A stretch of DNA of 64,000 nucleotides, taken from positions 32,001-96,000 of the forward strand of contig CAZWEM010000004.1 of assembly GCA_964632315.1 (NCBI GenBank). The letters run 5' to 3'. The first letter of the stretch is position 1, and each line of letters begins with the position of its first letter. The notes under the pieces are model-generated. The model was not told where the DNA came from. It saw only the letters and a program-made list of their open reading frames with translations, and searched no databases. Below, in pieces: positions 29,701 to 38,660 of this stretch. The position numbers and the translations under genes were made by a program. Source of the stretch: an uncultured archaeon (GTDB lineage Archaea > Asgardarchaeota > Lokiarchaeia > Sigyniarchaeales > SOKP01).

Positions 29701-30792
29701 ATCAACACCAGATGCTGGACTTCCTCCTGTAAAATAATCCGGCCCAGAATTTCCAGCTGAAGCAACTAATAATACACCATAATTTTTAGCCGCATTGCTT
29801 ATTGTTAAAGTCATTGGGTCTTCTGCATCGGGAGTGCCCCCTCCAAAACTCATTGAGATTATATCTGCTTCTGCTCCTCCGCTCGCTACAGGTGTAACGG
29901 CCCAATCAATGGCACTTATTATGTCTCCTTCCGCTAAGCCAGAATAGTTACCTGCCCTTGCATTTATTAGGGAAACTCCAGGAGCAACTCCGTGATATTT
30001 CCCTGAAGAAGCTTCACCATCTCCGGCAATTATACCTGCGACATGAGTACCATGACCATAATCATCGTTAACTTTATTAGAAGCTTCTCCAGAGACAAAA
30101 CTTCTACTTAAAACCACGTTGTAATCTGAATGGTTATAAATTCCCGTATCCACAACGGCAACTCTTACTCCAGATCCATCATAGTTCAGATTATTTGCGC
30201 TAATCGCTGGTATCCACCAGTTCGGATAATTATTTGGATTTAAAGAACTCGAACTAGGTAGTTCATTATTAATATAAGGGGCTTCATATATGGTAGAAAT
30301 ATATATCTTTTTGACTCCTTGGACCTCATTTTTAGTCTGGTACATCTCAACTAAATCAGATAAAGAAATCGATAAAAATAAACCAGGAATGATGTTATAG
30401 TTGTTAAGAAGCGTATAATCACTTAGAAACGAATTTATTATTGCGATTCTTTCTGATTTTTCAATATAATCGTCAAATAAGACTATCACCTTTATTTTCT
30501 GTGAATAATGGTTTTCAATATAGGTATTATTTGATAAAATCTGACTTAATTTATTATCAAACAATCCATTTTGACTTTTAAATTCAACATTCACACGATT
30601 TGTATCATTTTCTGTCATTATGGATGATAACCCTGTTAATAAGCTTGAATCAAATATTAAATCATCATCTGATTTTGCATTGCTTCCAGTTGTTCCAAAA
30701 TTTATAGCAATAGGGATAGATAGGAAGCAAGCAACGATGTATATGAGAAATACAGTTTTTTTATCAAATTTAAAGATTTTCATAGGTATCAC
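26800..30792 (-). CDS. Membrane-anchored S8 subtilase (propeptide, catalytic domain, Ig-like and GIFT/GATase-like domains, TM helix, C-terminal double zinc ribbon); site-1-protease-like architecture
   Basis: Triad VVDTG / GHGTHVAG / SGTSMACP with oxyanion SAGNSG; KILMDSYH...YDLVIL...GGNILFLG...GRFVAFGD domain; TM LLLIIIISVIALIVISVIIY then RHRRKKR; CPYCG...CPSCG. Confidence 0.9.
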   Translation of the reverse strand: MIPMKIFKFDKKTVFLIYIVACFLSIPIAINFGTTGSNAKSDDDLIFDSSLLTGLSSIMTENDTNRVNVEFKSQNGLFDNKLSQILSNNTYIENHYSQKIKVIVLFDDYIEKSERIAIINSFLSDYTLLNNYNIIPGLFLSISLSDLVEMYQTKNEVQGVKKIYISTIYEAPYINNELPSSSSLNPNNYPNWWIPAISANNLNYDGSGVRVAVVDTGIYNHSDYNVVLSRSFVSGEASNKVNDDYGHGTHVAGIIAGDGEASSGKYHGVAPGVSLINARAGNYSGLAEGDIISAIDWAVTPVASGGAEADIISMSFGGGTPDAEDPMTLTISNAAKNYGVLLVASAGNSGPDYFTGGSPASGVDVISVGAFDQNNKLAPFSSWGPSLSYLGYPDIIAPGVNIISTEAPNSVLSDEKRFIGDYFDYPSNFDYIPLSGTSMACPFVSGALAVLLDAFPTMTPETGRIALIKGANKQVNGSYEYLKDGAGILNVTASLNFLMTVNATYGDVNEIASISPNTLPVKPFDLLNFPGDHQAFNLTLLSGKAQTIDIGVPNKLDGVKISLDKSEVIFSNDDVSFVSVDVIIEKNASPGKRTFTLNITSGSVLYDSVEVSIDVRFPEYKILMDSYHGLNDWFPDISFYQVGFYDSMKAITDLNISIDYLAEYWTPNYNADSDNSILTEERLFQYDLVILQNPILPYNQLEMKNLKSYFDSGGNILFLGTRHNDLCIQNINSLFSQLGLDLQVNQETIINENWLGVGASYQIINVSNFNSPEIFGGVNGFGWAYGNTFSRSGDVQAIATIDGKCVASAFDGRSTDKGRFVAFGDLNWLNALYDDQDFINDHSRLVSNLMDYFLKKDDVSLNLDIESERTTDSNVNISVYAFDQITNSRISSSILQSRLNVSINHLGYNEEILMASLYNGIAYNETFSLPTSSYSYMPYDINVSITIGGTTYSKSSKVLYYNSSAVPQINSLNITSSATRSGSDPIIIDAELDASNYDSSTYMAIYTYSYYNTKQTINKTLSMSNFGAHYSSTFIPTSNDPSGYLLAYILPSDPNSNYTNPNSERVLSQIINHPPKFDEAKSTFTVNGQQYTLDETHDVNSTYVITTTQDDRFDFNITALDSVSYEDSNSQKMRISVNLFAVSITPDNYIMLIYPSTFPTVELGYNLAANTHIGSFSIPYNMQYSSITGIKSISTASTYDFNTGEGYLSIFVLTIFDSDGGTDDFVIILSIQQGTQFDPLLLIIIISVIALIVISVIIYSVRHRRKKRAAFQEQAWQNYDSSHSISSDHESSDEGAQKNILYCPYCGHSIRLNTKFCPSCGKSLEFTPKK

Positions 30793-30925
30793 TTACCATC
30801 ATGTATATTTATTTATTATTTTAACACCTAAAAAACCAAAATTTTTTTTAATTTTTGTTTATTACTTTTCTTACGGTTTCAAAATTAGCATTAAAGGAGA
30901 TAGAAAAAAAAAAATAAGAAATACT

Positions 30926-31061
30926 GGGCCTGTGGATTAGTCGCAGTTCGAGTTCTCGTTTTGATAGAAATCGAGCGAATATCGTTCGCTTGGCATGCGA
31001 AAGGCCGGGGGTTCAATGAACCGCGGGATTTACCCGTACTATGAAAATCCCCCCAGGTCCA
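30926..31061 (+). tRNA. tRNA-Ala(GGC) with two non-canonical introns (D-arm about 30947-30980; T-loop about 31018-31047)
   Basis: Acceptor GGGCCTG/CAGGTCC-A with the G3:U70 Ala determinant; anticodon stem TTCGC/GCGAA with loop TT-GGC-AT (anticodon 30992-30994); variable loop AGGCC; T-stem GGGGG/CCCCC; two hairpin insertions with BHB-like junctions. CCA is not encoded. Confidence 0.9.
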
Positions 31062-31094
31062 CTATTTTTATCATTAAATCAAAGAAAATTGCGA

Positions 31095-31877
31095 TTATAA
31101 ATCTCTAATATAAGACTTTCCATCCATCTAAGCTAATTCAGTATCAAGCATAAACTGAACAAAAGGATTAACCTTTAGATCCCATTTCCTAAAAGTTCTA
31201 ATAGCGTTATAAAAATTAGTTATAGATTCTAAATCCTTTTTTACTAATATATTATTGATTTGAATCAATAAATCCTCGGGCTTATCTCTAACCTCTGAAA
31301 GCACCCTCAAAAACCATTTATGATATAGATAAAGGACTTCATTATGGGCCAAGATTAATCTTCCACCTTATAAAATTAAATCTGAGATAGCTGTCGTGAG
31401 TAAATACAGATTATTCAACTTAATTGCCTCTTGGCAATACCAATAAGCAACTTGAAACTGTGAATAGAATTTTTTTATATTTTCGGATTGCTCGGTTTTT
31501 TGATATACGGGGATCATATTGAGTATTCATTCTAATTCAGGAATCATTGAATATGCTATATACGCATCTTTAAACGCTTCTCTTGCAGGTTCAGAACCTC
31601 TTTCAGCAACAGTTCTTAGGAAATCAAGATTTACTACTTTACCATCAATATATCCACCCTCATAATTACAAGCATATTTATTAAAATATCCGAAATTATT
31701 TCGTTTTCTTCTCTTCTGATATTCTTCATCTGTTGCAATTAGAATTACATCAATATCTGAACTAATTCGGTCATATCCTTTAACAATTGATCCCCCAATA
31801 ATTAACCCAATGAATTTAGGATCAGTTCTAATAATTTCTGTAAACCTTTCAATTGCTTTTTTATGATGTGGTCTCAT
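31095..31877 (-). pseudogene. Nucleotidyltransferase (Pol-beta superfamily) pseudogene with three in-frame stops
   Basis: GGSIVKG...SDIDV motif. One frame runs through TGA (31527-29), TAA (31368-70) and TAG (31128-30) to a final TAA at 31095, joining ORF-track pieces 31527-31877 and 31128-31352. Confidence 0.8.
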
Positions 31878-32173
31878 CTGTAATCAATTACTATTGTCCC
31901 AAGTACAATTAATATTTTATGAAATTCAATACATATTACCTTAGAAATATCGAGGTATATATAAAAAGACGTGAAAGCGGAATTTCACGAACTTTAACTA
32001 TATTAACTGTAATTAAGCCTTAACTATATAATTTTAGGGCAGTTTTAACAATTATCGAAAAAAGTTATTCATAGAAATCTAAAGTTTTGGTTTGTAAGCA
32101 TCAATTTTTTAATAGTTTTTTACCGTGAAATGTTTTTTAATCTCCAAACGTTATTTATATTAAACTTACTTCT

Positions 32174-34457
32174 ATGGGTGTAGCTAATTCCACGACTAAA
32201 ATTAACTAGTGTCAAACTCAAGGATTTTGCACCCATAATCTTGGTAATGCTTTTACTCTTTGTTAGTATCGCATGCGCAACTATGTTAATCCCCTCTTAT
32301 TCTGCTGTTAAAGAGGAGTTTGAAGTACCAGAATCTTTACTTGCCATCCCTGATGCGCTTTTTGTATTAATTAGTGCTTTTTTTTCTTTAATATGGGGAT
32401 ATTATACGGATCGAATAGATAGAACAAAAGTTATAATGGCTGGAGCCTTTTCCTGGACTTTTGGCATGCTATTGACTGCTTTTTCATTAAATTATCTCAT
32501 GCTAATTAGTTCTCGAATGTTAAGTGGAGCGGGGCTTGGATGCGTTCTTCCAGTAGGGTATTCAATAATTGCAGATGCAATTCCTCCAGATGAAAGATCC
32601 GGATGGTTTGGAATCTTAGCTATACTTAGCTCAATATCCAACGGAGTAGGTCAAGCACTTTCTTCCTTTATAGGTCCCATTCTTGGTTGGCGATTTCCCT
32701 TTTTATTGCTCTCGGGAATAAGTATCTTTATAGTATTCTTCCTTTTTTTTATAAAAATCCCCAAACGAGGCGCAAGCGAGGACGAACTGTTAGATTTAAC
32801 AGAATTAAATTTAGAGTATAGTTATAGAATTGCTAAAAAAGATCTCTCAAAAATAATTAAAAAAAGAACTAATCGGTATCTAATAGCACAGAATTTCTTT
32901 TCGATTATTCCAGGGACTATAATTATATATTTTTTAACTTCAATGTTAAATTTACACTACTTAAATGAACTTCCTTCAGAAATTAGGCTTCAAACAGCAA
33001 CTATATTAGCAGGTATTTTAGGAATAGGCTATATTTTGGGAAATTTAATACTCTCTCGTTTAGGGGATATTCTCTATCGCAAAAACAAAAAAAATAGAAC
33101 TAGGTTAGCAACGATTTGTTTAATTTTATCAGTACCTTTCTTTATAGTTACTCTTTTAATGGTTAAACCTGTACATGTGAGCACATTAGATATCACTTAT
33201 CCTGATCCAATTGCAACATCGGAGATTACTAAATACATATTTACAACTATATTAGGTATTTTCTCTAAGTATCCGAATTTCATTTTTTATTTCATATTCG
33301 GTTTAGTGGGTACCATTTTAAGTGCGGGTCCAGTTTCAAATCGAAATGCAGTAATGATTGATATTAATTTACCCGAGCACCGAGGAACCTCGGTATCATT
33401 TCTTAATTTATCAGAACAGGTTGGAAAGGGTTTAACTTTACTTATTTCATATTTTTTAATCACATTATTGGGAAGTATATATAACATGATGATGTTTTCA
33501 GCATTTTTATGGATCCCCGCAATAGTTTTTTGGATCTTCGCCAATAAAACTGTTGGTAAGGATATATCATTGAAATCAATGTTACTTTCTGAAAGAATGC
33601 AGGTAGGATTGATTGATTATATATTCGAGTTAGAAATCCAGATGGATCGAGCAATACAAAAAATCCAAGATTCTAAGTATTACTTATACAGTAACCCAGC
33701 AAAATTTGATAAATTAGTTGGAGAAGCCATAAGGATATTCAGTAAAATAGAACGTGCGAGTGAATTCAGGAGTATTACCAACATTATTGAAAAAGCTAAA
33801 GAACTTAATGTTAAAGCTTCAGCTATTAAAAAAATGGCAAAACAAATTTTTAAAATTATAAAGGAAGAAAATGATATTTCAAATCAAGAAAGAGAGTTAC
33901 TTGAACAAGATTTAAAACAAATAGAGTTAATGATTAGTGAGGGTGAAAAAAGTACTTTTGGTCAATTACAAATATATTATGAAGATGCTTACTTAAAAAT
34001 CATAGAAGCACGCCTCCTTCGGAAGACAGATATCTCCCAAAGTTTTGGTAAGATATTAGAAGCAATTAAAATCTATGAGAGGGTCAAGAACCTTTTAAAT
34101 GAAAGAATTGATGAGACATTGGATGAGTCTAAATTTACAGAAGAAGACAAAAGGGTATTAGAAAAGGAAAAAGCTTTATATAATAAAAGCTCTAATGCCC
34201 TTCTGGCTACGGAGAAGCTAAAAAGTGAGTTTGAGGAAATAATGACTCAACTTAAAGAAAAAGGAATTCAGGAAGAGGATTTAATCAGAATAACTGAACT
34301 TACAAATGAATATAGTCTAGATTTCAATAAAATATTAATGGAAACATTTGGTGAAGAAGTCAAAATAAAAAAAGAGTTCATTAAAATTATAGATAAAATT
34401 GACAAGATTTTTGAGGAATATGATAAGTGGCAAGAAACCGATTTAACTGTTTTTTAA
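32174..34457 (+). CDS. MFS transporter (spinster-like) fused to a long helical C-terminal domain; start at TTG 32241, or at ATG 32174 with a frameshift
   Basis: MFS motif A WGYYTDRIDRTK, IIADAIPPDERS, second-half LGDILYRK, PEHRGT; about 280 aa charged helical tail. Confidence 0.85.
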
Positions 34458-34476
34458 ATTTAAACTAAAGTATTAT

Positions 34477-34782
34477 TTAATTATTTCCGAACTCACCAAG
34501 CAATATTTCTTTAAAATGGACTTTTTCCTCAATTGGGAGATTCTGAGCGTTTTTTCCTCGACTGCAATAATTATCTGGCCCTGGAACATTAGAAAAAAGG
34601 TTTACAAGGATTAACAAGCAATTTCTTAATTCAGATGAATTAATTCGCTCTTCTGAGAAACAACTCATAACTCGTATTAATAACTTACTTAGATACAGGC
34701 TTTTCTTGTCTCTATCCTCAATTTCTTTAGTACAGACTTTGCTATTATAGAATTCTAAAACTTGACTCACGCAATCCATCAA
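34477..34782 (-). CDS. Hypothetical protein
   Basis: 101-aa ORF; no motif recognised. Confidence 0.55.
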   Translation of the reverse strand: MMDCVSQVLEFYNSKVCTKEIEDRDKKSLYLSKLLIRVMSCFSEERINSSELRNCLLILVNLFSNVPGPDNYCSRGKNAQNLPIEEKVHFKEILLGEFGNN

Positions 34783-34997
34783 TAGAGACCTCGATTCGGT
34801 TATTAACCTGATAACCCTAAAAATTTATATTTCCTAAAAGTAACCTTCTTTCTAACTATACATGATATTTCAAATATAAAAATATATTTGAGGAGAACCC
34901 AAAAGACTAGTCTAAAATCTTAATACTAAATTTTCTATTTAATAAAAGACATATTTAGATTATAAAATAAAATTTAGAATAATCCAATAAAAAAATC

Positions 34998-35552
34998 TTA
35001 AAGTTCTACTTCAATACTTTGGACAAAGCTATCAATAGTTTGCTCAAGATCAACAAGATCTTCTACTTCTTTAATATCTGAACTTGCGAGCTTACCAAGA
35101 AACTCTTTGAGTAATTTTTCTTTGTGTTTATCATGAGGAAATATCAAACTACTTCTATAATGCTCATAATCAAGTATATTAGTAAAAATTAGGAATAATA
35201 TCTCAATATGACTATATTCAATTAATCCACGTAGCTTTTCTTTAGAGATAAGCGTTTTTGTATGGTCCTTATAAAAACCAGAAAGATCATTGTAGTAATT
35301 TGTTATACGAGCAACATTATCTAACTGTATTGCTAAAGCAGATTGGTTAATTGGGCTTCCTTCATCCTTGTACATTATATCAAAATAACTATTGATAAAA
35401 TCTTTTAACTTTTGGAGCTTTTGCTGAAACACGCGGGTTTTAACAATTCGCTCGAACATGGGACTCTCTTTATGCGTGTAGAACTTTAATTCGAATTTTA
35501 AGATCGCCAAAATATCCAAAAAAAGCTCACGAATATCTATTTCTTCCTCCAT
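34998..35552 (-). CDS. Hypothetical helical protein
   Basis: 184-aa ORF, codirectional with its neighbours. Confidence 0.65.
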   Translation of the reverse strand: MEEEIDIRELFLDILAILKFELKFYTHKESPMFERIVKTRVFQQKLQKLKDFINSYFDIMYKDEGSPINQSALAIQLDNVARITNYYNDLSGFYKDHTKTLISKEKLRGLIEYSHIEILFLIFTNILDYEHYRSSLIFPHDKHKEKLLKEFLGKLASSDIKEVEDLVDLEQTIDSFVQSIEVEL

Positions 35553-35602
35553 AGCAATTAAAAATAAATCATTAAGATTTTAAAAATTTTTTATTTTCCT
35601 AA

Positions 35603-36613
35603 TTAAAATTGTAATGGAAATCTATTACCAACATTTAAAGTATCTGGAGGCTCGTTGGGAATCTGAAGTTCCTTTCTTTTAATCATTCTTCTGTAAAGAA
35701 TGGCTTTTATGTGTATTTTCAATATTCTTACTGGACTACGTAATAAAAAATCTAAGTCTATTTGGGAAGATTTCCTGAATTTCATGAATTTAGACAAAAA
35801 TTTTTGAGCTTTTTCGATTTTATGCGGTTTTTCAAAGGCGATAAATCTATCAATGACTTTGATAAGAGGAGCTGTGTCTCCAAAGCAATAAAAATTTGAA
35901 GCTCTTAAAGACCATTTAATTGCCTCTAGTTGATACTTCATTGGATTTAATTTCTCTATTGGTCCAATTATAATTGAAAAAAAGGAGATCACAAGATTCA
36001 TTACCATACTACGAAAGATTTCCTTTATTGAAACCTTTATTTTAGGTTTGATATCTCCTCTGAGATCTTTACCATAGAGGATGGTACTATTTTGAATAAC
36101 ATTTCCTAACACTATGTTCCTAGGAGCAAATATCGCGGAAAATAATCTATTTACTCGAAAGATTTTATAAAATGTTGCCTGTTCCCAAAATTTTTGTTTA
36201 GTTAGAAAATGGCTTACAAACATTCCGGTTGTTTGTTGCAATACTAACATTATAGAATGAAATAAGTTAGACCGTAATTCTCTAAAATTATGTTTAATCT
36301 CTAGTGCGATAAAATATTTCTCGATTTCTCGAATATGTGAATTTGTAACTCGATCTTTAAAGATAAATAATAGATCACAATCAGATACCGGTGCATTTTC
36401 CTCACCCCTTCTCTGACTTCCAAAAATAATTAATGATATAATTTTGTTAATACCGATTTCCTTATTTATTAAATTTACGATATCTTTAATGTAATTTCTA
36501 GATTTCTCATTAATACCTTCTAAATTTGACGAAATCGTTTTTTTAATATATTCATTTTCTTGGTTGGTATCTGATTCAATCATTCTATTTTTCAAAATTT
36601 TAATTTTAAGCAT
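35603..36613 (-). CDS. Nucleotidyltransferase-domain protein (Pol-beta/MNT superfamily) with a C-terminal helical region
   Basis: IIFGSQRRG...SDCDLLFI (GS...DxD motif). Confidence 0.75.
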   Translation of the reverse strand: MLKIKILKNRMIESDTNQENEYIKKTISSNLEGINEKSRNYIKDIVNLINKEIGINKIISLIIFGSQRRGEENAPVSDCDLLFIFKDRVTNSHIREIEKYFIALEIKHNFRELRSNLFHSIMLVLQQTTGMFVSHFLTKQKFWEQATFYKIFRVNRLFSAIFAPRNIVLGNVIQNSTILYGKDLRGDIKPKIKVSIKEIFRSMVMNLVISFFSIIIGPIEKLNPMKYQLEAIKWSLRASNFYCFGDTAPLIKVIDRFIAFEKPHKIEKAQKFLSKFMKFRKSSQIDLDFLLRSPVRILKIHIKAILYRRMIKRKELQIPNEPPDTLNVGNRFPLQF

Positions 36614-36695
36614 TCCAAGTTAACTTATAATTCATATTAATTAATTGATATTTAATTACTTAGAAGATAAGTGTTTATCTTTGGATTTGTATTTT

Positions 36696-37487
36696 TTATC
36701 TAAAATATGAATCTGGACCTTTATCGTTATCAATTCCCCTCATCAAATGCTCGGCTTGTTGTTTATATTTTTCGACAACTTCTTCCATTTCCTCAATTTT
36801 CTTGTCGAGTTCTTTAAAATTCATGTTAATGCTAAAATACTCTTTTATTAAACTTACTAATGCCTTGGAGGAACGCGGATCTAAACTCATCATTGGTAAG
36901 GGGAGCGTTTCTGCTAATAAACACACTCCGGGAGCAAATCCTTTAGCACCTGCCCACGCAGGTAGAATTCCATTAGCACCTGCTATCACTCCTGTTTCCA
37001 TTAATTTTGTGTTCTTTATTTTTAAAAAGGTTTTAACTAAATTTTCATCAGTCCCACATATGTGCACATTTGGGGGATCGCGAATTCTTTCTGTCACTAA
37101 CGCACCAGTGCTTACATACATTTTTACTTTATCATGAGTGATTTTCTGCATTTCCTCACAAAAAAGTTGAGAAAATTCAAAAACCCCTGTTGATGTCTGA
37201 GGTTGATAATTTGCAGTTAAAAAGAAAAAATCATAATCATCTTTTTGATCATTAGATTTATAATACACTTTCGCCATCGGAATTTCTAAATCCCCCTTCT
37301 CAACATTCGATTTGGGGGGGAAATCATAGGATATAATATTTAGAAACTCTTCTGCTTTTACTGAATCTTTAATAGAACTAACAGCTAATTTGGCTACTAG
37401 AGCTATTCCTGGCCATCCAATCAGCACGATAGAATGTTTAATCTCGTCGGGATTTAATTCAAATTTTTTAATAAATTCTATTTTCAT
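36696..37487 (-). CDS. PAC2-family proteasome assembly chaperone homolog (second paralog)
   Basis: LIGWPGIALVAKLA, DFPP, QP, IAGANGIL, CLLAET, DPRSSKAL; C-terminus YFR. Confidence 0.85.
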   Translation of the reverse strand: MKIEFIKKFELNPDEIKHSIVLIGWPGIALVAKLAVSSIKDSVKAEEFLNIISYDFPPKSNVEKGDLEIPMAKVYYKSNDQKDDYDFFFLTANYQPQTSTGVFEFSQLFCEEMQKITHDKVKMYVSTGALVTERIRDPPNVHICGTDENLVKTFLKIKNTKLMETGVIAGANGILPAWAGAKGFAPGVCLLAETLPLPMMSLDPRSSKALVSLIKEYFSINMNFKELDKKIEEMEEVVEKYKQQAEHLMRGIDNDKGPDSYFR

Positions 37488-37501
37488 TTAACTTCACCTA
37501 T

Positions 37502-38521
37502 TTACACTTCAAAGTTCAATTTTTCACCGCAATTAGGACAAAAGTTTAGCTTAAATTCCATATAATTTCCACAAAATGGACAATAGATTCCTTTATCGCT
37601 AATTTGAGGTTCTTTTAAAGATCTATTCATCGGAGAGTATCTTATATGAGGTTCTGCAGTTATTCCATAACTTAATTGATTTTTAACATACGCTGAAGTA
37701 AAAACCGGAGTAAGCAAGCATATAAAAAGGGGTTCTAGTAAGAGAGGGATTAAATTTTGAGCTATTCCATACAAGATAAGAAGATCGAGTCTTCTTGATG
37801 AAGGATTGTACCAACTCGTTAGTGTCAATGAATTTACGGGCCAAGCAAAACTAAAAATAAACTGATATATGAAATTGATTATATATGTGATTAGAGAACT
37901 TATTACTAAAACTCCTATTATCCTCCAAAATGCTCCTTTAGAATATGCACGAGCACTTTTTAATGGATTTTCGTTATCTTTTAACTGATAAGTATATATT
38001 GAGAAAATAAAAAATCCGAAAATGATTATTGATACTATAAAAAGGGTGAATATTCCAAGGGGAATTCCTAAACCAAGTAAAAGCAAGATTGGAATCATTT
38101 TTTTATTAAACGCCCCTTTAATTTCTTCTCGGAGTGAAGTATCTTGATAATTGTAATACTTAAACAAGAAAGCAGCCACAGCACATAATCCTAATACTGT
38201 AAAAATGTTAGAGATTAATAACTCCAAAACAATTAATCCTAATGAAGACATTAAATAATTCATCATTAATTGTAGGGCTTCAGGAGTTATTGATGAGGGA
38301 TCGGAATTTAAAATCGGCGCAATGCGAACCTCTAATACGCTTAAATCCCATCGTAGGTCAACTAGTAAGATCTCCCTTAAAATGATGGAGATTATAAAAA
38401 ATAAACCAATTGGTATGATAATCGATTTGTAGGTCTTCATAAATAACGAAAAACCATCTGATATTAAATTACCATAACTTTTATGTGCAATTCTGTGCAA
38501 TTCTACTGGATCTTTTGACAT
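37502..38521 (-). CDS. Polytopic membrane protein with a C-terminal double zinc ribbon
   Basis: About 6 TM segments, LKSARAYSKGAFWRI, terminal CPFCG...CPNCG. Confidence 0.75.
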   Translation of the reverse strand: MSKDPVELHRIAHKSYGNLISDGFSLFMKTYKSIIIPIGLFFIISIILREILLVDLRWDLSVLEVRIAPILNSDPSSITPEALQLMMNYLMSSLGLIVLELLISNIFTVLGLCAVAAFLFKYYNYQDTSLREEIKGAFNKKMIPILLLLGLGIPLGIFTLFIVSIIIFGFFIFSIYTYQLKDNENPLKSARAYSKGAFWRIIGVLVISSLITYIINFIYQFIFSFAWPVNSLTLTSWYNPSSRRLDLLILYGIAQNLIPLLLEPLFICLLTPVFTSAYVKNQLSYGITAEPHIRYSPMNRSLKEPQISDKGIYCPFCGNYMEFKLNFCPNCGEKLNFEV

Positions 38522-38660
38522 AAATCTTAATATTTTTTAAATTATTTAAATCTAATAAAATATAATAAAAAATATAATTATAATCTTTCTTTCATTAGCT
38601 GTAGATGAGAATTTTATCCATAAAAAAGTAAATTCTCCGTAAAATTTAGCGATCTCACTC

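Noticed and set aside
30620-30940. 106-aa plus-strand ORF
   Set aside because: Overlaps the S8 protease start on the opposite strand, runs through A/T tracts and ends inside the tRNA.
31527-31529. In-frame TGA as possible selenocysteine
   Set aside because: The same frame also has TAA and TAG stops, the position is not Cys-like, and I saw no SECIS-like element; a pseudogene explains it better.
31062-32173. Integrated element at tRNA-Ala
   Set aside because: No integrase, no duplicated tRNA 3' end and no transposase seen; only a decayed gene.
34998-36613. MNT-HEPN toxin-antitoxin pair
   Set aside because: The nucleotidyltransferase is much longer than a minimal MNT and I found no convincing HEPN RX4H motif in the downstream helical protein.
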